Below, in pieces: positions 40,901-52,679 of a DNA stretch of 64,000 nt. The notes beneath the pieces are model-generated. The model was not told the origin of the DNA and ran no database searches. It saw only the letters and a list, made by a program, of their open reading frames with translations. Position 1 is the first letter of the stretch. The number at the start of each line of letters is the position of its first letter. The translations under genes and the position numbers were made by a program. Source of the DNA: Daphnia carinata (taxonomy: Eukaryota); contig NC_081331.1 of NCBI RefSeq assembly GCF_022539665.2, positions 4,960,001 to 5,024,000 of the forward strand, given 5' to 3'.

Positions 40901-43900
40901 TAAATACATGAGTAATGGTGTCTTTCTGCGGAAACGGGTATAATAGGCGGATAGTCCAACCGGTGGCGACGAGGCAGACGACGAAGATGAAAACGACCAA
41001 GACGACGTAGTCATCCGAGCGTGGGACGATGGCGGATTGAACCGACTTCCATTCCAGCCGTACACACCGGAAAGGAAATCCTTTAAGAATCCGCGCAACG
41101 TCCCGTCGGATTCTTGCCCTCGCGACGAAGACCTCGCCCAGGCTCAGGTTTGTTTTCGTTTGGTTTTTTTTTTTTTGTTCTAAAATTTAGTTACATTCGC
41201 GTTTTTTGACGTGATTTCACGTCATCCGGCCAATCCTCTTTTGTCTGCTCCGTTTGTTCTCAATTCCGCTCTGTCCTAGACGTAATAGGATTTTTGCTAT
41301 TCAGAGGCTATGCAGATTTTTAATACGGTAACACGCGTCTAATAAATCCGACTTGAAACACTGTGCCCATTTTTGCAACACAAAAATTCATTTGTTTCCC
41401 CAACTAGGAAAAAATGTAAAAGGCTTACGATTCTTCATCTGACGATAAATCTCTTTTCCCAGGGTCGGACGTGTTTAAGGAAATGCCTAGCTGATGAGGA
41501 TTGTCGCAGCCCACGTAAGAAATGTTTATGCGACGGCATTTGCGGATTGTCTTGCATCAAACCCGGTAAGTTAACCTCCCTTTTATATTTACGCACGTTT
41601 TCGCTCTCTATTGTCGGAGGCTTATGTTATGCCATATGAAAAAAAAAACCCAATCCCCACTGTCATCCAGTTTTGATCGAACGACCTCGAATGCTTATTT
41701 TCGAACGATGTCGTTGTTGTCAAGATCATTTTGAACGAGGTATCTAAAATATTCTCGGGAAATCGCGTTCGGGAGTGTATTCCAATCTTTGAAAAACGTC
41801 TGGCGCTGCGTGCGATAATAAGCCATCCGACATCGGTGCTTCAATTTTAGCAATTCCGACAACAACAAAATTGATTTTCTTTTTCCCCGAAATCAGCGAT
41901 TCCATAGAAAAAAAAAAGGAGGATTCAGCAACAAAGTAAAACTTTGTAAAAAAAAAAAAAAAAATGCAATTTTCTGTTCTATTGAGTTTGTGATTACGTG
42001 CGAGAGCTGCCGAAGAAGAAGATCTTATTTTTGGCTGCGTTTGCGGGCGGGGAAAACTTGTTGATTGGAATGGAAATGGGCATAGATGGTGGCGGAATGG
42101 ACTCCGCCACGTACACCATTATTCCGCGCCTTAACGGGGGATGGGCAACGAGGCCTAGTAACCCAATGCCACCGATCGATAAAATTAAACCATCCTATTT
42201 ATATGGTTCTTTTAAAAGAACACGATGATCTAAAAGAAAGATAACGAAAGTAAAAGCGGTTTACAGACACGATTTGAGATACGAAAGGGTTTCATCTTTG
42301 GCAATATCTGCTGTTATTAACGAAGAAAATAAAAATGAGCGGAAGGATAAAGGACGCACGGATGGCCAGGAACAAATTAGCATACGAACGTTGCTTTATA
42401 TTAGACTATATATAAGCAAATGAAATGAAAACCATTGATTTTAATGGTGCCATTCTATTCTTCCCACCACTCTGTGCTGATCTCGCGCGTTAGCTCACCA
42501 TTTTTCTTTTTCTTTTTTTTTATATTCAATATCTTTCAGTCGTTAAAGATTTCATGTAAATCTCAGCGAGAGGAAGAAAAATCGTGAAAGGAAAGTGCGC
42601 GCGGAATAATAAATCGTCTTAATGTAACTCGCTCACATCTCTTTATTGTCAGGCACCTATATATATATATATATATATACATCCCTTCCTTTTTTTTTCT
42701 TTAGAAACGGAAATCTTTTAAAAATTCTTTTTTTGTTGTTGTTTCTCTTGCGCTTGATGATCCAGCTTAGCTGGGATCTCCACCGCTATAGAAAACTCAA
42801 GTAAAGCGCTTCATTTCCAAACGCAGTGCTCTTGCTATTGATTTTTACGTGCCGAGAGGTAGTCCCGAAACAAAATTGAACTATCCAACGCTTCTTTTTT
42901 TTGTTGACGAAAGTAAATGACAAATTGGGCACACGTTAGCGCCCAGTCAACTGTCTTCCCCTCCCACCCCCTTTTGTTTTCTTCGCTTCCCTTCGTAATC
43001 TGCGGCCTCTTGTTTTCTCCGAGAATGTCATTTATTTACGCCTTCTGTACACAATGTCATCCCACGGTTCTATGTATACGTGTATGTTAAGACGTCACGT
43101 AATCGATAGGCTTATATCGGAACCGAACGCTCACACACACACACACACACACATACGTCTAATTCTTTTTTTAGGGCGAGATCGGAGGAGGTACGATGCT
43201 CAAGAAGTGGATGACAATGATTGGATGTTAGAAATCCAATTTCTATCGTGATTGTGTGCGCCGTAAAACGTAGTTCAATAATAAATATTAACATTTCCAA
43301 GAATTATAAATTTTCCCTCTCCCCCCCAAAAAAAAAGACGATCGGAATTCATAATAAGATGGTGTTGTAGTTGACTCATAAAATCCGATAAACGCATCGC
43401 AATCTCGTACTCTTATCAAAAAGAGTATTGAAATAAATAAAAAACAGAATTGCGGCAAGAGAGCAACTCTGGCCATTGGGGAAATAAACAAAGTGCTACT
43501 CCAAATGAAAGTTTCCAATCCGGATGATTGGGTTGTCATCCGAAACAACACGAGTGAAACTATTTAACGCAACTTGCCAATCTCATTCTTTACGCGAGAC
43601 AAAAAAAAAGGGGGGTCGGACATTAACAGCAAATATTTCGCTGCAATCATTTTTCGCGCTAGTGGACGGAAACATTTTCATTTTGACTCACCAAATGAGA
43701 AATGTCCAACAAAGTGACGTGCTGGTATTTTGATGGAAGGCCAAACGCCTTTATCTCTGTCGTCTCCTCAACACGGGGTTGTCGTATAACACGTTTGTAT
43801 TCCAATCATCTCGCCGACTGATGCGAATCCCAGTAAAAAAAAAAAAAAAAAAGGCAAAAAGAGAATTGTGAAATTGGTTTCATTTTGAAGAAAACAGCAT

Positions 43901-46900
43901 CATCGACAAAAATCTTTTGTGTATACAGGCAATGGAATGACGATGAGTCACGAGGTTAATTATTATTTGAGCGTGATTCGTACCCGATTGCCTCCCTTGC
44001 GTTTTAGACAACGACGCTCGCTTTTGTATTATAAGACGATGGATGTAATGATGGTTTTTTAAGTTTCTGATTTTGTTTTGGAGCAGATCGCGAATGTCAC
44101 GACGAACTGGGTAATCCGGACAAAGGTAGCGTGATATTGACAGGTCGTCTGTTTGGAGATCGCGCCATCTACACGTGTGAAGAAGGCTACCGTTTGGTCG
44201 GAGTCGAATTCCGGCTATGCCAAGCCGACGGATCATGGTCGGCTACTGAACCCTCTTGCCACAAAACCGGTTCGTATTAATCACTTCTGTCTGCACATTT
44301 TAATACGTAGCCACTAGGGAGGGCGTTTTTCAGTCTACAATTTCACGATTTCTTTTTTTCCTATTTCATAATTACGCGCTCAGTTTCGTAGCCCAAATGC
44401 GCTGCATTTCAAACTTGAACGCAGATTTACAAAGTTTAATTCCAATTTCCTCATGGGGAATTATCGGCTTCCCTTAATGTCATCCGGATACGGTGATCTG
44501 CTCCCTTTTCTTTCCAACATTATTATACCAACCAGTGTGCATGCTTGCGCACTTGGAAACAAAAAAATGATTGGACAAATTCAATTTACCGCCACTCTTT
44601 CATCTATCCTACGGATAAGATGCTGGACATCCGACTCGCACAATATCGATCCTTTTATTTGTAACCTTCTTCTTCTTCTTCTCTGGTTCTATGAACGATA
44701 TATAGCTCTTTGATAGACACTATATAGCCACCACAAATCGACTGCGCTTTATGACAATCCCACCACCGTATTGGTATGTCTCTGTGTGTCGGTAATGGTG
44801 TCTTTTTGTACACCACATTCACGCGCGCGTCTGGCTCCGTTTTTAATGAAATTGGTCTCGCTTGAGATCTTGCCATAGCACGTATCATATTACAGGCTAT
44901 GGGCTCAGTTTATATTGGAGGACTAGCCGGTTCCATATGAATGAGGGCGGTATTACTTGTCACCGATCCCGCTCACCCCTCGAGTGTCAATAAGGCGACT
45001 GGGTAATTGGGAAGGATCTGCGCACAAAGTCTAGAAATTTCGCGATATCGCATTCGATCAATGAAAACTATCAGAAAAAAAAAATCTTTCAATTATGTTG
45101 TGGCGGTCGGTTTTAGTTCAAACTAGCGGATACTGCGACGAGCCTCCCGTCGTAGCGAACGCCCGTCACAACGCCCCGCAAGAGCAAAACAGCTTCGCTC
45201 CCGACACCGAGCTCCAATATCAATGCTGTAAGTCTATTCGTATACATTTAATAGTAATTAAATTTTAATTAAAATTTTCTTTTTTCGAATGTATCCAGAT
45301 CTCGGTTACAACACGCTGGGATTTGCTCGCGCTAGATGCCTCCAGTACAATCAGACAGTCAAATGGTTCGGGCCCGACTTTAAATGCGAAGGTAATATCT
45401 TTTCTTTTTCAAAGAGAGATTTTTTTTTCTGTTTCAAGATTTTGTCGAATTATACGATTTCTTTGAGGCTTAGAAAGAAAGAGCAAAAAAAAAAAGGAAG
45501 CGGAAATGTGAAATGCAAGGGACGGGGGGGGGGGGGCCGGAATAGAGTCGACACTCGACAGTTCCATTAGGCGGAGGCAACGAGTATGGCGTAGAGTCGT
45601 AGCGATTTATCGTTTCCGACTTTGTGAGTAGAAAGAGAAGCCGTTCGTCATTGCTCTTCTTATTTTTTCCCCCGAATAATTCAAAGAAAATCCTCAACCC
45701 AGGGAAATGAAACCATTTTGTTACAACCAAACATTGCTTTTTCGATGTTTTGTGTCTGTTCGGAAAACGAGCCCATTGGGGAGGGAACAGAAAAAAGAAG
45801 GGAAACAAATAAAATAAAAGACGCCGAATGAAAAAACATTTTTATACTCACAGTCGACCCACCCCAAAGAAAAAAGTTAAACCTCCTATCCAAGAGAAAG
45901 CAAAACTTCTCTCTTACTTGCGTAAGTACAATAAATAGACATCCATAGTCCTTCGGCCAGTCAATTTCGTTCTTTCATTGCTCGACCTTCTGCTTGTCTA
46001 TCGGGCCTTAAAAGTTTCTGTTTTATACGTTCGGTAGTATATATCCCCAACTCAACAACAACAACAAACAAAAGAAAATCCTAACCGCTGTGTCAGCTTA
46101 TCGTAAAGGTTCTCTATTCAGCGGGAGTCTTGATTTCAATTTGAAAACAAAAAGACGTACACGTTTTCTTTTTTCTTTTTTTAAAATAGCTCGATCTTGC
46201 GGAGAGCCAACTGACATAACCAACGGTCGGCACGAAGGTGAATGCTACGCTTTCGGATGTCGTGTTACCTATTACTGTACGGCTGGCTTCGACCTGGTCG
46301 GAAGGGCTAACCGCTACTGTCAGGCTGACGGTACCTGGACGCCGGGCGAATTACCCATCTGTGTCCGTAAGTTTAATTTTTCTTACTTCCGACACCCGAT
46401 GAAAAGAGATTCACGATAACAAGATACAAGCCGCAGATTTTTTTTCCCGAAGAAAATAGATAAATAACAGAACTAACCGCATAATTGTCCCGTCTCTCTG
46501 ACGGATGAATGGTATCTCCTTGGTGACCGATGCTTCATTCGATTAGCTTCTCGTCTTTCATCCATTAACCCATTTCCCTTTAGATATCGAATATATAGAA
46601 CGTAACGGGACCTTCTTCCTATATAATAAAAAACATTGGAGGCGTTAGTGTTTGGATATTGATCCATCTGGATCATGTGTGTGTGGTATACACACGCAGT
46701 TGCCTAAAGGCCTATGCATACAAGCTGTTTATCCGGAGCAAGTTGTATAAAAAGGATGCAACTTCCGGGCTTTTCTATAACTTGATGTCCGATCCATCTC
46801 TGACTATTAAAATACTTTTCTCTTTTCATGACGATGATTCATTGCAGCTGTTCAATGTCCCATACCCAGCGACCCCGATCTGGGAAAGGCCATCTTTAGT

Positions 46901-49900
46901 TCTACCAGTTACAACTCGATCGTGACCTATGAATGTCTTTATGGTAACTCACTGGTCGGACATCCTACAAGACGTTGCGGAGCCGATAAGCGATGGATGG
47001 GTGAAGAACCTTTTTGCCGAGGTTAGTGCATTTTCGTACAACAACAACAAAAAAAAATCCATGCGTTTTCAATAAGAAATTATGTATCGATTGTGCCTAC
47101 TAGAAATCAATTGCGGTTCACCCGGACACATCCCCAACGGATGGATTGAAAACCTTCATCTTGGGTACGTCGTTGGGTACTTCCATCATTTACCGTTGCA
47201 ATAAAAACATGAAACGCATCGGCGCATCGTCTGCCACTTGCGAAAAGAGCGGCCGTTGGAGCTACAATCCACCTCAGTGTTTGTGTAAGCGTTCTATCAA
47301 TTTTCAATTATTCACACGCACACAAAAAAAAATGTTTTTCGATTATCGATTTAAAAAAAAAAGCATCTTGCGTGGTGCCAATGGTGGAGCGTGGCGTTGT
47401 GCGGAATGTAACGGCGGGATCGATGGTGCCCCACGGAGAAAACTTGACTCTGGAATGTATCGACTTGTACGAGCCGGCCCACGGCCTGGCTACTTTCACT
47501 TGCAACAACGGAACGTGGAACGTTATCCCTCGATGCGAACCAGGTATACAACGACTAGCTCGATATTGGCAAAATTAAAAAAAAAAACCGTAACTAATGA
47601 ACTACTTAAGCCAAGACATGCGGCGTCTTCAACTACGTACCTTTGACTAACGAACCACAAACGTGTGTAATCTGATTACTATAGTGAACGTAAAAGACGA
47701 TGCCTTTCGATGTCCATGTGTACGACAAGGATATGCAATATTCTTAATTAAGAAACTTCCCTGTTCAGTTGGTATTCAAGTTATTCGAAATCAGACATCC
47801 TATTATTATTTGTTGTCTATTGAGAGACGCTAGAGATTTTTATTACGTTTTCTGGAATTTCTTGATTTCAAATTGGGATTGCAACTTGAAATCGTATATA
47901 ACCTTAGTTCTTGCGTCTACCTTTTTTCCTGTGCCGTTCAGCACGGGAACCTGGTTTATTTGTAGCCAACTTCATTACAACGGATGTCTAGATTGAGAAC
48001 AAAAAATCGATGGTTGAAGATGCCTTCAAAATCTCATTAAGTCCAATAGATCTCCTGCTCTACTAGTGCTCGTTGTTTGGTAGTCTCATTTCAATCTCTC
48101 TTTTTTTTTTTTTTTTTTTTTTTTTGTTCGACATGTGTGGACAAACACGCCTAAAAGCTCGGTGCAAAGCGTTACCAAAGCGACCCCGTCACGGAATGGT
48201 GATCGCTCCGCGGATGGAACACGGATCGAGAGCGCTCTACAAGTGCAAAGACGGTTTCCAGCTTAGCGGATTCAACGTCACCGAGTGCAACTATGGCAAC
48301 TGGACCGGCTTGCCGCCCGTTTGTCAAGAGAGTAATGCGCACACATCCATCTTTTTCTTTTTTCACACAAAAGAGATCGTTTTCATGACGCATTTTAAAT
48401 AAAAAAAAAATGCTTTCCTTTTTCTATTCAATTGTTTGTGCCGCCCAGTTTATTGCCCGTTTCCGGGCTACATCGCCAACGGAAAAGTCATGTTGATGGG
48501 CAATATGGGCTATTACGACTACCGTCCCTACGTCAAGAAAGTCACCAACAATAGGCAAATCATGTACGAATGCGATCGCGGGTACAAGCTGGACGACGAC
48601 GGACCGCCCGGCGCTACTTGCGTGGCCGGCAGGTGGAGCCCCAAGCAACTGCCGCGTTGCGTTGCTGAGCAGCACTCTCGCGGACGTTGGGCTCGATCCA
48701 TCAAGTCCGGAAGGACACCCGTCGCCATCCGTCCTGGTGGGAAAAAGAGCTCGGGGAAGAGCACGAGACGTAAACAAGGATCGAGACGTAACGACCCCGA
48801 TTACGACGACAATCAACAACCTCACGGTGCGATGTTTGAATAGCGAAAACGAAAAAAAAATTCTGACGATTTAAACATTTGCGAATTTAAAAAAAAAATA
48901 GAATCGCGGGACACTTGTATACCGATCGCCATTGAATCGCACACATCAATTCAAGTGATAACGCCGGGCAAAAACGCTAGTGACATGTTCAGTACGGGAG
49001 TAGTTCTGAGTATCACTTGCGCCGAAGGCTATCGACTGAACGTTGGCAATCGGACGGTCCGTTGCAAAAGAGGCGTTTGGAAACCGGAACGGCCAGCTTG
49101 TTTACTCAGTAAAAAAAAAATCGCATATAATTTTTCTTTAAATATTTACATACAAAAAAAAAAATTCCAACAGTTCCGTGCACGATTCCGGATATCGAGA
49201 ACGCGGCGTTCCAGCTAAACGACTCTACGATTGTACCAGCCAACAGCGAGATACCGCACAATGAGACGGCCCTGTTTGGTTGCAATCCGGGTTACGTAGT
49301 TCAAGGACCGGAAGTGTACCGCTGCTGGTTCGGCGATTTCATTAACACCCGTGGGCAAACATCTGAATGCGTTCCGGGACCTTGCGAACTTCCGCGCATC
49401 ACTTACGGGGACTACACAGCTGGATATCGAGCCGGATTGACAGTAGCTAACGGATCGACGGTCGATTACATTTGTTTCGAGCCCAACTATGTGAAAATCA
49501 ATGCCGGACCTATTCAATGTCGTCTGGGAGAACTGATACCGGATTTCCCAATTTGCCGCACCCGTTCCGATCGATTCGGCGTCGACGGTATCAAATTAGC
49601 AACGAATGACTTATTACTTTTTACCAAAATTCCAATGAATTCAAACAGATTTCGGAAGGATCGCTTGGCAAGAATTTAAAGGGGGCGGCGACATCACTGA
49701 AGGCGGCGTCATGGTGTTGATGGATCGCAATAAAAGAAACTGTTCGGAACCTCATCGCGTTCACGGTTCACTCGTCTTTCGTGATGGAGAACCCAAAGAC
49801 GGCGAGAAAAGGTGTTTTTTTTTTTGCTGAATACGCGCAATCAGAATTTTAAAAAATAATTTTTTTTCACATTTTGGGCTGTTCCGGAATCGAAAGCAGG

Positions 49901-52182
49901 TTTCCCCACGGTTCGCAAGTTACTTTCCAGTGCATTTCGGGTGCGAATCGAGATCGAACAACGTGGCAAATTGTCTGTTCCGACGGTTCTTGGAACGGCC
50001 GACCATTAAATTGCGGTAAAAGAAAAAAAAATCTAATCTGCGTAGAACACCCCATCGTTTGAATACACCCAAAAAATGTTTTTTTTTTTTCTTTTTCTTA
50101 TTGGATTTTTTTACGATTAACTAAATTTTTGATTCGGTTCCACGACACGTGTCGCAAAGACGGTGAAGTCTTCGTGGAAGGACTGGGCCAGCCGTCCAAC
50201 AAATCGTGCGTCTTTCGTAACAACGAGCCCAACTTGATGACTTTCTACGACGATCAGCAGATCACCGAAGACGTGGTTGAATTCCCACCGGGCACCGAAC
50301 TGGTAATACATCGTCTACCCCTTTTATATCTACTTGGCTATAGTTCCTCTTTTCTTCCATTCGATCGACCCCCCTATTTTATATGCAATATCGACCATTC
50401 CTCTTCATTACGTTGGACACTCGGAATCCTGTTGACTACGCGGTCCATCTCGTTCCTCGTCTTGATAACAAACCTCTCCTTCTCTCTCGTATTTTATTTT
50501 CACATAAAAGATTTCTCGCTGCGTCGATATCGGCAAGTTCGCCTTTACGGGATCGGTCCGTCGCCGGTGCAGCCGAGGAGATTGGACGGGCATGAAACCG
50601 GCCTGTTACGGCCTCAGCCAAGAAAACGATTACGCCCGTAAGGAAATTGTTACACGCAAAAATTCCATAATTTATTGTTTCATAATTTTCATTTTTTTTT
50701 TTCGCTGTCATCGTTTTAAAAAAGTGGAGAAGCCACCGACGATTCTATTTCGACATCAATTAGGCCCCATCGCCCAAAGTAACGACGGCCGACTGATCGT
50801 TTATCCGGGCACAATTGTTCACATGGAATGTCTTTGGATCCGGCGGTTCGGCACCCCGAAATGGGAAGTTTCACATCAGTACAGGTACTTTTTACGCTTT
50901 AAAATTTCATAAATCCTGTCTCGATTGTTCGTGAATAACGGACATAAATGCAGCACTATGATCGATCGTCCACATAAGCCGTCTATTGTATACCATGTCA
51001 AAAGGAAAAAGTCTTTCGAATTGAAGAATCCCCTCCCAAAAAAAGGGCGATCGCACAAGTGCCTATCAAAGATCGTTTTCAAGTTTCCATTTCATTTTAT
51101 AGTTTTTAGCTCACGCGTAAAATCCTATTGTCTTTTTTTTTCTTGTTTGGAACGTGAAGGAAATACCCGGAAGGTTGGACGGAAGAGGAAGGACGAGATC
51201 GAACGTTGGAGTATCGACTGAGCATCTTTCACGCCCAGAAAGACGATTCGGGGACGTTTACCTGTTCGACGCCGACGCGACATCAGCACAGCGTCGAGAT
51301 CATCGTTCATCCGGTTCATTGCCCGGCAATCATCGAACGGAAGGGATTAGTGGCGTCGACTAAAAACACGAAAATGGGCACCAAAGTTCATTTTTCGTGT
51401 CACAACAGCAACGCTTTGATCGGCGCTCCAGAGTTAACTTGCCTGCCTTCAGGTAGTTGGAGTTCTCCGACTCCGTTCTGCGAAAGCGTCCTCTGCCCAG
51501 ACATTACTAACATTACGAACGATCGAATATTGCGAGTGTCCATCGTCAGTCGAGAAGTTGGCGGACGGGCTCTATTCTCCTGTCCGCCAGGTTTTACTAT
51601 CCGAGGCGCCGGAACAGAGTCCGTCTGCCAATCTACCGGCGAATGGGCCCAGCCGCTACCCCGTTGCGAAGGTAAGCGTGGTTTTTTGTTTCAAAATTCA
51701 ACATGAAATTGCGTTTTAAACGGAATTTGAATCGATGGATTTTTAAAGAGGTGGTTTGCGAACCGCCAACTAGTCCGGAAAATGGATACATTCAAGGGGG
51801 CAGCACGTACAAGGCCGGCGAAGTGGTGCAATTTCATTGCCATCGCGGTTTCATGGTTGAAGGACAGCCAATCGCAGTCTGTCAAGACAATGGGAAATGG
51901 TCGGGAACATTCCCCAAATGTACGTGATTATTTTTAGTTTCTGTTTTCTTCACACGCATAATCGACGTTTCATTTTTCAAAGGTTTGCCGGCCTGTCCGT
52001 ACCCGGGCACAACGATTGGCGCTACCATTTCAATGGTGAAATTCTACTACCCGATCGGAGAGACGGTGACGTTCGACTGTTCCGCTGGATTGGTCCTTCA
52101 AGGCAACCCGAACCTTCACTGTCAAAAGGGCGGCAAATGGTCATCAGCCGTGCCCACTTGTGTTCCAGCTCAGAATAATTAG
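37985..52182 (+). CDS. Hasp: Hasp/LEV-9-like secreted synaptic-cleft scaffold: signal peptide, WAP, 8 CCP(sushi), basic linker, 5 CCP, Ig, 4 CCP (~1448 aa if a 1-nt frameshift at ~47163-47165 is corrected)
   Basis: 23 coding exons: 37985-38039, 40338-40462 (GC donor), 40947-41147, 41463-41565, 44087-44269, 45117-45227, 45299-45391, 46190-46366, 46848-47021, 47104-47284 (frameshift), 47364-47543, 48158-48331, 48449-48826, 48902-49108, 49174-49587, 49649-49811, 49900-50015, 50160-50302, 50511-50637, 50725-50884, 51160-51671, 51749-51919, 51983-52182. Signal MSRIVMLMGMILHVLCVR; WAP CPRDED...CLRKCLADEDCRSPRKKCLCDGICGLSC; repeated C..P..NG...Y.C..G...C...G.W....P.C sushi units; Ig YRLSIFHAQKDDSGTFTC. 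The orthology name comes from the domain architecture, not from a search. Confidence 0.88.
42658..42679. repeat. (TA)n microsatellite in a Hasp-like intron
   Basis: About 11 TA units read directly. Confidence 0.85.
43132..43153. repeat. (CA)n microsatellite in a Hasp-like intron
   Basis: About 11 CA units read directly. Confidence 0.85.
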
Positions 52183-52673
52183 CGACATCATTTCAAAAAC
52201 ACGCGCCAACCTTCTCTAATAATCGATCAACTAAACTACAGACACGAACTTCCAATTCATTCGAAAAAAAAATCGATGTCAATTCACTTCTTTGTTGCTT
52301 TTGTTCCCCGCGGTACTTAAAGAACGAACGGTTCATTTTAGTTTCTGTTCAATTCAATGCGGTAATTTCGTTCTTCAATTTCGGTGAGTCTACAGTCGAT
52401 ACGATACGTATATTATACTACGCCAAAGGCAAGTAGATGACTCGCGTTCATTTACGTTTTTTTTGAGGCAGTCATCGTTTTATAACAGTTATTTACACTA
52501 CCGTCTATGTAGATTTGCATATTTACTGCTGCTTTGTGTTTTATAAAAATTTCGATGTCTATTCGCGAAAAAAGAAATCGAATCCCTACCCCTCCCTCCC
52601 CCAAAAAATACGATTGGAAAATTGACTGGGCAAGCTGTCGATGTCAAATATAAAAACGATACATTTCAAACTG

Positions 52674-52679
52674 AATAAA
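52674..52679 (+). terminator. Probable polyadenylation signal of the Hasp-like gene
   Basis: AATAAA about 490 nt downstream of the stop codon. Confidence 0.4.

Noticed and set aside
42089..42110. 8-bp perfect hairpin GTGGCGGA-N6-TCCGCCAC in an intron (also a 7-bp hairpin near 4472-4490)
   Set aside because: Too short to distinguish from chance in 64 kb, and there is no extended pre-miRNA-like stem.
37985..52182. Calling the Hasp-like gene a pseudogene because of the frameshift
   Set aside because: There is only a single 1-nt lesion in a G run, and all other exons, cysteines and splice sites are intact.
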